A stretch of 63,651 nt of DNA, filler included, from Deltaproteobacteria bacterium (lineage in GTDB: Bacteria > JAUYMQ01), in assembly GCA_030698575.1 (NCBI GenBank). It is 13 parts of 13 records of this genome, joined end to end, with 100 filler letters (N's around TTAATTAATTAA, not from the genome) between each part and the next. Parts side by side here need not be neighbours in the genome. Positions count along the whole stretch, not along the records: positions 38,049 to 54,116 come from JAUYMQ010000113.1; positions 54,217 to 57,570 come from JAUYMQ010000115.1; 11 more parts are not named here. One strand, 5' to 3'. Within the stretch, counting starts at the first letter, position 1. Each line of letters starts with the position of its first letter. Position numbers and translations under genes: made by a program. This document shows positions 45,509 through 54,652 of this stretch, one piece after another. The notes beneath the pieces were generated by a model, which searched no databases, was not told the DNA's origin, and saw only the letters and a program-made list of their open reading frames with translations.

Positions 45509-47215
45509 TCAGGCGCCCCCCGCCGCAGGGGGCGCGGCCGGAAGCACCTCGTAGAGATACACCTTCTTCCTGCCGTAATCGAAGGCGTGGATCAGCCGGC
45601 CGCCGCCCGCGGTGAACGCCTCGATGAAGCCCGGCCGGAGCCGGGTGGTCTTGTCCTCGTCGAAGAGAACGTACGCCACCTCGGTTCTCCGGATGTAATC
45701 CATGACCTCTTCATAGGGCGCGTAGGGAAAGTAGGAGGTGTGTGCGCCGGCGTAGTAGTTCTCGATCATCGAGCTGCGCGTCATCACCTTGGCGCCGGGC
45801 GGCAGGTTGGCGCGCATCCAGGCGCCGGTCCGCTTCTCGGGGCTCCAGTACCAGCGGAAGTGGTTCGCCGAGAGATTGATCAGAACCGATTCAACGAGCA
45901 GAAGGCTCAGGGCCGCCGCCGCGATCCATTTCAGCGGCTGCCGGCGCACCGCCTCGGGCAGCCGCCCCGGCGCCGCGCGCCCGACTCGGGCGGCGGTCTC
46001 CAGCAGCCCGACGGACGCCCAGAGGATGCCGAAAGGGACGACCGGCGCGAGGAAGCGGAGGCTGAAGTGGAAGAGCGAGAGCATCAGGAGATAGGCGCAG
46101 ACGAGACTCGCGGCGACCCACTCGCCCCGCAGGCGCGGGATCTCCCGCCGCGCCGCCAGACCCACGAGCAGAAAGGGAGTCAGCACGTAACCCATCGCCG
46201 CGGGCACATTCGCGACGAATTCGCCCAGGGCGGTGACATAGTGCCGGGCGAAGACCCCCGGGTTCCGGCGGACATAGTTCACAAGGTTGAAGGAGTCGTC
46301 CGCCTCCGCCGTCTCCGCCCCGTTGCCTTGCCCGGCCGGGGCGTCAGCGTCCGTTCGCGCCTCGGGGGCGGGGTAGCGCCACTTCTCCGAGGCGAGAGTG
46401 CCCTCCAGGTGCGACTTCTTGAAGATGGCGCCGCTCTTGGCCGAGAGCGTCCAGACGCCGCTCTTGGCGTGTGTGACCGCCATCTGCGGCAAGAGCCCGA
46501 CCAAGAAAAACAGGAGCGTGATCGCGCCGAGCGCGACCGCCCGCCAGAGAGCCCGGGCCTGCATGAGCGCCGGCACGGCGATCCATCCGCCGATGACCAC
46601 CAGCAGCCCCATCGCCTCGGGCCGGTTCAAGCAGGCAAGCCCGACGGCCAGGCCGAACAGCGCGGCCGAGGAGGCCGTCCGCCGGCGCAGGAGCGCCACG
46701 CCGGCTAGAAAGGCGAGCAGGAAAAAGAAGGTGTAGGTCGGCTCGGTCATCACCTGCGCGCCGAAACGCGACAGGAAGGGGGAAAAGGCGGCCATGGCCG
46801 CGCCCATCCGCGCGGCGCTCCGCCCGTGGGGGGGCGGGAGCAATCGTCGGAGCAGAAAATAGATGAGCGGGACGGCGGCGGCGCCGAAGATCGCGGAGGT
46901 CAACTGCCCCGCCAGCTCGAGAGCGCCGGCGTCGGCCACCGGACCCTGCCATGCGGCGGCGGGAAGAAGGTGCGCCACGCCGGCGACGCATAGCGAGTAG
47001 ACGAAGGGGATCATCGCGTCGAAGCCTTGCGACCAGCGTCCCTCGAAGAATGCCCGGGCCATCGGGGCGTACCACCCCACACCGTCGCCGGCGATGCGGT
47101 TGGTGAACCCGATGAGCAGGGCCCGGAGAGCGAAACCGGCAAGCGTCCAGCCGATCACCCATGCAGCATCGCTTCCGGAATTCGCGCGCTGGCGACCCTC
47201 GCGACCCTGGGTCAT
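45509..47215 (-). CDS. ArnT/PMT-like (GT39/83) glycosyltransferase
   Basis: GDG..Y loop, MTE, LACLNRPEA; paralogous to 42821-44509. Confidence 0.75.
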   Translation of the reverse strand: MTQGREGRQRANSGSDAAWVIGWTLAGFALRALLIGFTNRIAGDGVGWYAPMARAFFEGRWSQGFDAMIPFVYSLCVAGVAHLLPAAAWQGPVADAGALELAGQLTSAIFGAAAVPLIYFLLRRLLPPPHGRSAARMGAAMAAFSPFLSRFGAQVMTEPTYTFFFLLAFLAGVALLRRRTASSAALFGLAVGLACLNRPEAMGLLVVIGGWIAVPALMQARALWRAVALGAITLLFFLVGLLPQMAVTHAKSGVWTLSAKSGAIFKKSHLEGTLASEKWRYPAPEARTDADAPAGQGNGAETAEADDSFNLVNYVRRNPGVFARHYVTALGEFVANVPAAMGYVLTPFLLVGLAARREIPRLRGEWVAASLVCAYLLMLSLFHFSLRFLAPVVPFGILWASVGLLETAARVGRAAPGRLPEAVRRQPLKWIAAAALSLLLVESVLINLSANHFRWYWSPEKRTGAWMRANLPPGAKVMTRSSMIENYYAGAHTSYFPYAPYEEVMDYIRRTEVAYVLFDEDKTTRLRPGFIEAFTAGGGRLIHAFDYGRKKVYLYEVLPAAPPAAGGA

Positions 47216-48054
47216 GGCTCCCCGTCGCGCTTCCACGAGCCGCTCACTGGCGGTTCGAGGTCCCCGGCCGATCCCCGCTGGAGATGCGAGCGGGCCCAGG
47301 GGCCCTCCCGGGTGGAGCGAAGCGCGGGCCACATCAGCAGCATGTCCTTGATGGTGGCCCAGATGATGCCCCACTTCCCACCGCTCCCGGTCCCGTACTG
47401 GCGCGGCATATGCTCGATGACTACCCCGCGGATGAGAAACCCCCGGCGCAGCGCCCGGATGCAGAGCTCCGCGTCGATGAAGGGGCTTTCGGTCTGGAGA
47501 GGAACCACTGCGTCGAGCAGTCGGCGATGGATGAGCTTGACGGAGTTCACGTCGCCGATGGTGACACCGTAGAGCGTCCGGATGAGGAAGTTGTAGACGT
47601 AGGACTGCCGCTTCCTCCGGCCTGCGTCGTTCCGGATCTCACGCCACCCAACGACGAGGTCGGCGAGTTCCGCGGCCGGCAGCATTCGCTCGAGCTGTGC
47701 GGCGCGAATCTGCCCGTCACCCGGAATCGAGAAGACGAGCTTCCCGGCCGCGGAGTGGTAGAGCTCGCGCATCGTGTAGCCGAAGCCCCGGTTCACCTTG
47801 TGATGGATGACGCGAAGAGCGTCGAACTCCCGCGAGAGCTTGTCGAGAATCTCCCCCGTGCTGTCCCGGCTACCGTCGTTCACCACGAGTATCTCGTGGC
47901 GCGGCGCTGCCTGGGAGGCGACATAGGAGGCCTCGCGCACCACGGCCTCGATGCTGCCGGCGTCGTTGTAGGCCGGCACGATAATCGAGAGATCGGGGGT
48001 CAGCTGCGCCCCGGCTGTCTCGGTTCCCGGCTCCAGGCTTTCCATCGACCCCAC
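47212..48054 (-). CDS. Glycosyltransferase family 2 (polyprenol-phosphate glycosyltransferase-like)
   Basis: SIIVPAYN, VNDGSRD, NRGFG, GDGQ. Confidence 0.88.
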   Translation of the reverse strand: MGSMESLEPGTETAGAQLTPDLSIIVPAYNDAGSIEAVVREASYVASQAAPRHEILVVNDGSRDSTGEILDKLSREFDALRVIHHKVNRGFGYTMRELYHSAAGKLVFSIPGDGQIRAAQLERMLPAAELADLVVGWREIRNDAGRRKRQSYVYNFLIRTLYGVTIGDVNSVKLIHRRLLDAVVPLQTESPFIDAELCIRALRRGFLIRGVVIEHMPRQYGTGSGGKWGIIWATIKDMLLMWPALRSTREGPWARSHLQRGSAGDLEPPVSGSWKRDGEP

Positions 48055-48101
48055 CCCCGAACAATTCCCGCGGCGCGCAGCTCAGGCGCGGCGCCACATC
48101 G

Positions 48102-49220
48102 TCACTTCCCGAAGAATTCCCGCACCGCGCCGGCCACCCGCTCGATTTCCCCATCCTCGAGTTCCGGATAGAACGGCAGGCTCAGCGTTCGCGCGGCCCA
48201 CGCCTCCGTCCGCCCGAGGCCACCGGGCCCGAGCCGGGCGCCGGCGTAGGCCGGCTGGCGGTGGACCGGCGTCGGATAATGGATGAGGGTCTCGATGCCG
48301 CGTTCGGCCAGGTGCTTCCGCAACGCGTCGCGGCGCCCCGTCTCCACGGCATAGAGGTGCCAGGCGTGGCGGCACCGCTCGCGGACCGCAGGGAGGCGGA
48401 AATCCCCGGCGCCATCGAGATCGCGGAGGGCTCGATCATAGTGCGCGGCCATCGCATCGCGCCGGGCCGCCCAGGCCTCGAGTCGGCCGATCTTGACGCG
48501 GAGGATGGCGGCCTGCAGCTCGTCGAGCCGGCTGTTCCGCCCTGGGGCCTCCGCCTGATCCCGCGTCGGCTGGCCGTAGTTGCCAAGCGCCCGCACCGTT
48601 CCCGCCAGCTTCTCATCTACTGTCACGAGGATGCCCGCGTCGCCCAGGGCGCCGAGGTTCTTGCTCGGATAGAGGCTGAAGCAGCCGGCGACGCCCAGCG
48701 TCCCCACGGGCCGCCCGTCGTACGCGGCGCCGTGCGCCTGGCTGGCATCCTCGACGACGTGCAGGCCGCGCCTTCCGGCGATGTCGAGGATCTCCCCCAT
48801 GGCGGCCGGCTGGCCGTAGAGATGGACCGGCACGACCGCGCGGGTACGCTCGCCGATCGCGGCCTCCAGTGCCCGGGCGTCGAGCGTACGGAAATCGTCG
48901 ACGTCCACGAAGACCACATCCGCGCCCGTCTGCCGGATGGCCGAAGCGGTTGGAATGGCCGTGGCCGAAACCGTGATGACCTCGTCACCAGGGCCCACGC
49001 CGAGCCCCATGAGCGCAAGCGCGATGGCGTCGGTCCCCGACCCGACGCCGACCGCAAAGGGGGCGCCGGCCACCGCCGCGAACTCGCGCTCAAAGGCCTC
49101 GCCCTCCTCGCCGAGGATGAACCAGCCCCGGTCCAGCACCCGCGCGATCGCTGCGTCAATCTCCTCTCGCAGCGCCGCGATCTGCCGGCGGAGATCCCCG
49201 AAGGGGATGGGCTCCGTCAC
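48102..49220 (-). CDS. DegT/DnrJ/EryC1/StrS sugar aminotransferase
   Basis: GTDA, VHLYGQ, EDASQAHG, SLYPSKNLGALGDAG, NSRLDELQAA. Confidence 0.94.
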   Translation of the reverse strand: MTEPIPFGDLRRQIAALREEIDAAIARVLDRGWFILGEEGEAFEREFAAVAGAPFAVGVGSGTDAIALALMGLGVGPGDEVITVSATAIPTASAIRQTGADVVFVDVDDFRTLDARALEAAIGERTRAVVPVHLYGQPAAMGEILDIAGRRGLHVVEDASQAHGAAYDGRPVGTLGVAGCFSLYPSKNLGALGDAGILVTVDEKLAGTVRALGNYGQPTRDQAEAPGRNSRLDELQAAILRVKIGRLEAWAARRDAMAAHYDRALRDLDGAGDFRLPAVRERCRHAWHLYAVETGRRDALRKHLAERGIETLIHYPTPVHRQPAYAGARLGPGGLGRTEAWAARTLSLPFYPELEDGEIERVAGAVREFFGK

Positions 49221-49966
49221 TTCGACGCCTCGGTCCAGGGATAGGGGTGATGGCCCGGTGTGATCTTGCACGGGATCTCGTCGCTGCGCTTCGTGATCTT
49301 CGCCGGCGAGCCCATGGCCACCATCCCGTCCGGAACGTCCTGGTTCACGAGGGTGTGCGAAGCGATGAGGCACCGCTTGCCCACCTTCACGCGCGGCATC
49401 ACGATTGAATACATCAGGATAACGGTCTCCTCCCCGATGACGGGCGCCTCGAGGTGGCGCCTGCAGGGGGGGTGCAGCGAATCGGGCAAGCAGCTGTAGG
49501 GATAGACCTGGACCCGGTCACCCATGACCGTCCCCTGCGAGAGGCACACGTGGTAGTGAAGTCGAACGCCGTTGCCGAGCTTGCAGCGACCGTCGACCGT
49601 CACGAAGGTCCCGAAGCTGCAGTCGTCTCCGGCCTCGGTGAACTCCCGGATGGCCGCGCTGTGCCCCGTGCGCAGCCGCGCTCCCGTGCGGCTGCCGGCG
49701 TAGATCACCGTGCCGGCCCGGATGATGGCGCCCGGCCCGATGACCGTGGGCGGGTTCTCGTAACCGGCGTCGCCGTAGAAGTCCGCGAGCGGCTCGCCGA
49801 GGACCACGTTCGGACCGATGTAGCCGCCCTCTCCCACCGACACGTTCTCATAGAGGATGGCCCCCTCGCGAACGGTCACATTCTTGCCGAGCGTCACGTT
49901 CTCGTAAATCCGGGCCGACGGATCGATCCGTCCCAGGTTGTCGCGCATGCGCATGATCTTCGTCAT
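49217..49966 (-). CDS. Hexapeptide-repeat (left-handed beta-helix) acyltransferase
   Basis: Repeated [IV]G..hexapeptides, V..DVP..MVAMGSPAK; ATG 49966 overlaps upstream stop. Confidence 0.85.
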   Translation of the reverse strand: MTKIMRMRDNLGRIDPSARIYENVTLGKNVTVREGAILYENVSVGEGGYIGPNVVLGEPLADFYGDAGYENPPTVIGPGAIIRAGTVIYAGSRTGARLRTGHSAAIREFTEAGDDCSFGTFVTVDGRCKLGNGVRLHYHVCLSQGTVMGDRVQVYPYSCLPDSLHPPCRRHLEAPVIGEETVILMYSIVMPRVKVGKRCLIASHTLVNQDVPDGMVAMGSPAKITKRSDEIPCKITPGHHPYPWTEASK

Positions 49967-51000
49967 TCCCAGTAGAAGGACTTGTTCTTGCGGTAATACT
50001 CCACGGTACGCCTCACGCCCTCGCGGAGTCCGGTGCGGGGTTCCCATCCGAGCCGGGCGCGGATCTTCGAGATGTCGGAATAGAAATCTCCCGGCTCCTG
50101 CGCGGCGCGCTCCGGGCTGAAGGGGGCAAACTCCCACCGTCCGCTTCCCGCCACGTCGATGATCGTCTTGGCCAGTTCGAGGAAGGTCGTGGGCTGGTCG
50201 ACACCGACGTTGAAGATCTCCCCGGTGGCCTCCTCGCTGATGGCGGCGACGAGCATGGCGTCCACGCAGTCGTCGACATAGAGGAAGTCGCGTAGGATGC
50301 TTCCGTCGCCGAAGACCTTGATCGTCTCGCTGTCGATAGCGAGCCTCACGAACCAGTTGGCGACGCCGAAGCGCGAGTGTTTCATCTGCGCGCGAGGCCC
50401 GTAGACATTGGTAATTCGCAACAGAACGGAGCGAACGTCGTGAGTGTCGTTGTAGACCTTGATGATCTTTTCCGCCGTGAGGTTCGAGATTTCATAGATG
50501 CCCTTGGGGTTCGTCGGAGCCTCCTCGTTGACCGGAAGCGTCACCGACGGACCGTACTGGCCACGGGTCCCCGTGTAGACAACCCTCGCCCGGGGCGCGT
50601 GGCGCCGGATGGCCTCCATCACGACCGCCGTCCCCTTGATGTTCATGTCGATGTCGGGGAATGGATCGGTCAGGCTCGTGATGTGGCAGACCTGTCCCGC
50701 GAGGTGGAAGACGAAGTCCTTCTCGCGGACGAGCCAGTCCATCGCGCTCGCGTCGCGAATGTCGCAGTAGTTCACGGCGACTTTCCGGCGGACGGGCTGG
50801 ATATTGAAGAGGTTCCCGCCGTAGTCCTGGATCATGGCGTCGGCGATGGTGACTTGGGCGCCCAGCCTGGCCAGTCGGACGGCCAGGTTGGATCCGATGA
50901 ATCCCATTCCGCCCGTGATCAGGACGTTCCGCCCATCGTAGAGCTCGCCGAGCCGGGCTTCGGCGGGCGCTCTCGACGCGCTCTTGCCAGGACTGCTCAT
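49963..51000 (-). CDS. NAD-dependent nucleotide-sugar epimerase/dehydratase
   Basis: TGGMGFIGS, FHLAG, NVYGP, RDFLYVDD; YEISN replaces the usual YxxxK. Confidence 0.92.
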   Translation of the reverse strand: MSSPGKSASRAPAEARLGELYDGRNVLITGGMGFIGSNLAVRLARLGAQVTIADAMIQDYGGNLFNIQPVRRKVAVNYCDIRDASAMDWLVREKDFVFHLAGQVCHITSLTDPFPDIDMNIKGTAVVMEAIRRHAPRARVVYTGTRGQYGPSVTLPVNEEAPTNPKGIYEISNLTAEKIIKVYNDTHDVRSVLLRITNVYGPRAQMKHSRFGVANWFVRLAIDSETIKVFGDGSILRDFLYVDDCVDAMLVAAISEEATGEIFNVGVDQPTTFLELAKTIIDVAGSGRWEFAPFSPERAAQEPGDFYSDISKIRARLGWEPRTGLREGVRRTVEYYRKNKSFYWE

Positions 51001-51079
51001 CCGTTCCTACCCCCTCGCGCGCATCATCGCACGCCGGACGGCTCGAGACACGGAAAAATGGCGTTCGCACGGCCGCGGA

Positions 51080-52750
51080 TCAGAGTGCGGCTCCGGGGGC
51101 CCCGCCGTTCGCGGAGCGGCCGAAGCCCTCCGGTTCGGGCTCCCAGCGCCGCGCACCCGTGCCCCAAAGATGCTTGCGATCGATGCTCTCGCGGACAATC
51201 CGCCGGAGCGCTTCCCGCGTCGCGCGCGCATCGCCGAGCACGCCTCCCCGCGCGTAGGCCTTGAAGGCGCGGAGTCTTTCGGTCCGGCTCACGGGCGGCG
51301 GCAGCGAGCCGTTCAACTGCGCGAGGGCGCGCTCGCGCTCCGCTGCGGAGAGGCTCGCGGGAAAGTCCAGATCCTCCAGGTCGAGAAGGTAGAACCGCCA
51401 TCCCCGATCCGCTTCCCCGACCAGGATGTTGCCCGCCTTCAGATCGGCGTGGCGGGCCCCGCTTGCGTGTAGATGGCGCACCCATGCGCCGGCCGCATCC
51501 GCGAACTGCCGACGGTGCGCGCGGCCGGCCCCGGGACCTCGCAGGGTCAGGGCCGCGTAGTGGGTGAGCCAGGGAAGATGGCCCAGATCTTCCATGACGA
51601 GAAGGGTTTCACCCGGTCCCTCGGCCAGCGCCAAAGCACGAGGTGCGCCCAGGCCGCGAAGACGGCACCCTTCCGCCGCGCGCCAGGCGGCGCGCGCCCG
51701 ATCACGCGCGAGGGGGCGGCGGCGATAGCCTTTCACGCAGAGCGCGCCGCTCTTGCCGGTCCCGACCCGCAGCACGCGCGACCGCGGCGTCTCGCGGAGA
51801 ACCTCCGCGTGCTCGCCGTGCCGGACCGCCGCGAGCGCGCCGTCGATCGCCACTTGATCGGCGTCCTCGGCGCGGTGCAGCCACCCAAAGACTGTTTTCT
51901 CACGGACAAAGTGCGGGCCGCCGCGCAGTGCGCGCCGCGCGCGCCGCGCCCGGTGCATCCGGGCCCGACGTTCGGACGCAGAGGCTATGGCCCTGGCGGC
52001 ATCGGCCTCCGTGACCGCCCAGGCCGGCATCTCCCGGAGGTAGCGCCGCAGGAACCGGAGGCGATCGCTCCTGCGCGCCCAGGGCGACGCGGCGTAGTCG
52101 AGCCAGGCCAGATCGGTGATCCAGTGACGGGGCCCCGGGCGGCGCGGCCTCTGCGCCCTGTGCAGATCGATGAGCCAGAGCGCGGGCGCCGGCTCATCGA
52201 GCGGTCCCGCCAGAAAGTTTCCGAGGTGGAGGTCCCGGTGGAAGAACCCTTCCCGGTGGAAGGCGGCGACGATGCCGGCCAGCCCCGCTGCGAGTCGCCG
52301 CCGCCAGGCGCCGCCGTCTGCGTTCCTCTCGTTCGCGCGGGCAAGGAGGCGCTGATCGAGCGCCAAAGCTCCCTCGATGCCCTCGGTGACCAGGTAGGAC
52401 TCGAGAGCGACGCCCAGCCGGCGGCGTTCCCCCAGCGCCAGGGGACGCGCCGTGCGAATCTTCCGCTCGAGGAGACTGCGGGCGTTGCCCCATTCGGCCC
52501 GCGCCCGCGAGGGCGTGAAGAGAAAACGGATCGAGGAAATCAATCCGCGGTAGCGATCGTGCTTCACGTACAGCGTGCCGCCGGCGACGGCGGCTATCCG
52601 CGCGACGCGCCGCGCGCGGGTCTCCTTGACGATCTCCCCCGCGGTCCCGTCCGTGCTGGCAGCCCAGGCGAACAGCGCCGGCAAGTCCTCGCCGGCCAGC
52701 CCGTCGATCTCCCAGCGCACGCCGTCCCGGCGCATCTCGCCCGGCATCAC
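51080..52750 (-). CDS. Tandem LPS kinase (Kdo/WaaP/InaA family) protein
   Basis: Two catalytic loops: HRDLHLGNFL..LIDL and HADLKAGNIL..LLDL. Confidence 0.85.
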   Translation of the reverse strand: MMPGEMRRDGVRWEIDGLAGEDLPALFAWAASTDGTAGEIVKETRARRVARIAAVAGGTLYVKHDRYRGLISSIRFLFTPSRARAEWGNARSLLERKIRTARPLALGERRRLGVALESYLVTEGIEGALALDQRLLARANERNADGGAWRRRLAAGLAGIVAAFHREGFFHRDLHLGNFLAGPLDEPAPALWLIDLHRAQRPRRPGPRHWITDLAWLDYAASPWARRSDRLRFLRRYLREMPAWAVTEADAARAIASASERRARMHRARRARRALRGGPHFVREKTVFGWLHRAEDADQVAIDGALAAVRHGEHAEVLRETPRSRVLRVGTGKSGALCVKGYRRRPLARDRARAAWRAAEGCRLRGLGAPRALALAEGPGETLLVMEDLGHLPWLTHYAALTLRGPGAGRAHRRQFADAAGAWVRHLHASGARHADLKAGNILVGEADRGWRFYLLDLEDLDFPASLSAAERERALAQLNGSLPPPVSRTERLRAFKAYARGGVLGDARATREALRRIVRESIDRKHLWGTGARRWEPEPEGFGRSANGGAPGAAL

Positions 52751-53901
52751 CGCCCACCCATGGCAAGCGCCGCCTCGAACACCTTCACAAGTCCGTCCGC
52801 ATGCGCGCGCGGGGAGAGCAGCTCCGCACGGGCGCGCGCCTGCCGGCCCATCTGCTCGCGCAAGCCGCGCTCCGCGAGGCGGTCGACCGCCGCGGCTAGC
52901 GCGGCGGTGTCGTCCGACTTCTCCACGACAAACCCCTCGCGACCCTCGGTAATCACCTCCGAGGCGCCGTTCATCCGCGTGGTGATTGCCGGGAGCCCCA
53001 TCGCCAGCGCTTCGGCCGTGGCGTTCGAAAAGGCATCGTAACGCGTGGGCGCGAGCAGCGCATCCGATGCCGCGTAGAGCGCCTCGATGTCGGGCCGCGC
53101 CCCCGCGAAGATCACCCGATCACCGGCCCCTTCGCGCTCCGCCAGCGCGCGGTAGGGCCCCGGCCCGCCCTTGCCGGCCACGAGGAGCCAGGGGCGCGAC
53201 CGGGCGCGCGCTGCGGCCGTGACGGCGAGATCGAGCCCCTTTCGTCGAAAACCGGAACCCGAGAAGATCAGTGTGTAGGCCTCGTCGGGAATTCCCAGCG
53301 ACGCGCGGACCTCGTCGCGACGCCCGCGGTGCCGGGCGGGATCGAAGCGCGCGGCGTCCACCGGATTGTGAAGCACGTCGATGCGATCCGGCGGGACGTC
53401 GTAGCGCGCGAGGATTTCATCGCGCACCCGGTTCGAGTTGAACAGGTAGCGCCGCGTCGCGCCGGTCCGCCAGGCGCTGAAAATTCGCTTCTCCATCGCC
53501 AACTGGGCCGCGTGACGGGGATTCAGGCGCGACAGAGAGCCGCGCCCGGCGCCTGTTCCAGCGGAAGTCGCCCGCAGCAGGGTGTCGTAGGCCCCCGCCC
53601 CCTCGCGGTAGACATCCTGGTGCGGCGTGCGCGCCAGCCCGAGAACAGCGTCCCACGCTCCCCGATCTCGCTCGATCACCCGCGCGGCGCCTCTGGCAAA
53701 AGAGAAAGTCTTGACCGGCGACCAGAAGGTCGCCGCGCGCACCGAATGCAACGCCGCTCCCGGAGGCAGGTCGCGCGCTTCGGAAGCGATGATGCTGACA
53801 GTGTGCCCGGCTTCGATAAGCGCGCGAAGAACGGTCTCGGCGTATCTCTCCACGCCGCCGCGGGCTGCATCGTAGTGATTGATGATGATGGCCACGCGCA
53901 T
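52747..53901 (-). CDS. Glycosyltransferase family 4 (WaaG-like LPS core glucosyltransferase)
   Basis: GGVERY, NS.RV, GSGFRRKG, YDAFSNA..EALAMGLP; start moved to ATG 53901. Confidence 0.88.
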   Translation of the reverse strand: MRVAIIINHYDAARGGVERYAETVLRALIEAGHTVSIIASEARDLPPGAALHSVRAATFWSPVKTFSFARGAARVIERDRGAWDAVLGLARTPHQDVYREGAGAYDTLLRATSAGTGAGRGSLSRLNPRHAAQLAMEKRIFSAWRTGATRRYLFNSNRVRDEILARYDVPPDRIDVLHNPVDAARFDPARHRGRRDEVRASLGIPDEAYTLIFSGSGFRRKGLDLAVTAAARARSRPWLLVAGKGGPGPYRALAEREGAGDRVIFAGARPDIEALYAASDALLAPTRYDAFSNATAEALAMGLPAITTRMNGASEVITEGREGFVVEKSDDTAALAAAVDRLAERGLREQMGRQARARAELLSPRAHADGLVKVFEAALAMGGR

Positions 53902-53914
53902 GGACGGTCTGCTC

Positions 53915-54115
53915 CTACCTCTCGCCATCCGCCTCGCGGATGCGGGAGATGATCTCCTTGGTGGCGTGGTTCTTCGGGTCGCCCACGATGGCAATTCGCG
54001 CGCCGATTGAAGCAACGGTGGGCGCCTCGGGCACGTCCTCGGGGGCGTAATCGGTTCCCTTCGCGTGAACATCGGGGCGGAGGTCCCGAAGAATTCCGTC
54101 GGCGCGCAGCCCCGA
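53915..54115 (-). CDS. RfaE domain II-like adenylyl/cytidylyltransferase, 5'-truncated
   Basis: Manual translation: LRPDVHAKGTDY...VPE...GDPKNHATKEII; not in the ORF track. Confidence 0.82.
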   Translation of the reverse strand, partial: SGLRADGILRDLRPDVHAKGTDYAPEDVPEAPTVASIGARIAIVGDPKNHATKEIISRIREADGER

Positions 54116-54377
54116 GNNNNNNNNNNNNNNNNNNNNNNNNNNNNNNNNNNNNNNNNNNNNTTAATTAATTAANNNNNNNNNNNNNNNNNNNNNNNNNNNN
54201 NNNNNNNNNNNNNNNNCGAAGTGCGAATCCATCGCCCATTTCGTCAACGGGGAATGGCTCGTCGTGCTGGCCGACGGCATATGGGTCGGGCCGGAGCCGA
54301 TAGATTACCCGGAAGATTACGGGCTGAAATAACAATCCCATAATTATCGGATAAATATCCGACGAAAAGGAGAAGTC

Positions 54378-54635
54378 ATGCACTACAAGAACGGACGTGA
54401 AGCGAAGAACGGAGACAAGGTTGTACTGATCCCATCGTATGGTCCTCCAGTCGTGGGAATCCTCTATGGTGCCGTGGCGGGCAACAACGATTTTGACGCG
54501 CTATCATCAACTTTTCGATTACTCTTACGGGCTCGCGCGGGGCGCGCACGGCGGTTCGCGGACCTGCAGGAACCGATACCGGGGGCCGTCCCGCAGACTC
54601 AAGCCCGGGGCAGAGCCCCGGAGCTGCCAGCATGA
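54378..54635 (+). CDS. Small hypothetical protein, possibly degenerate
   Basis: Strong RBS AAAAGGAG; MHYKNGREAKNGDKVV N-terminus; C-terminal half looks less protein-like. Confidence 0.5.
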   Translation: MHYKNGREAKNGDKVVLIPSYGPPVVGILYGAVAGNNDFDALSSTFRLLLRARAGRARRFADLQEPIPGAVPQTQARGRAPELPA

Positions 54636-54652
54636 AGTGAGGAACAAATCCT

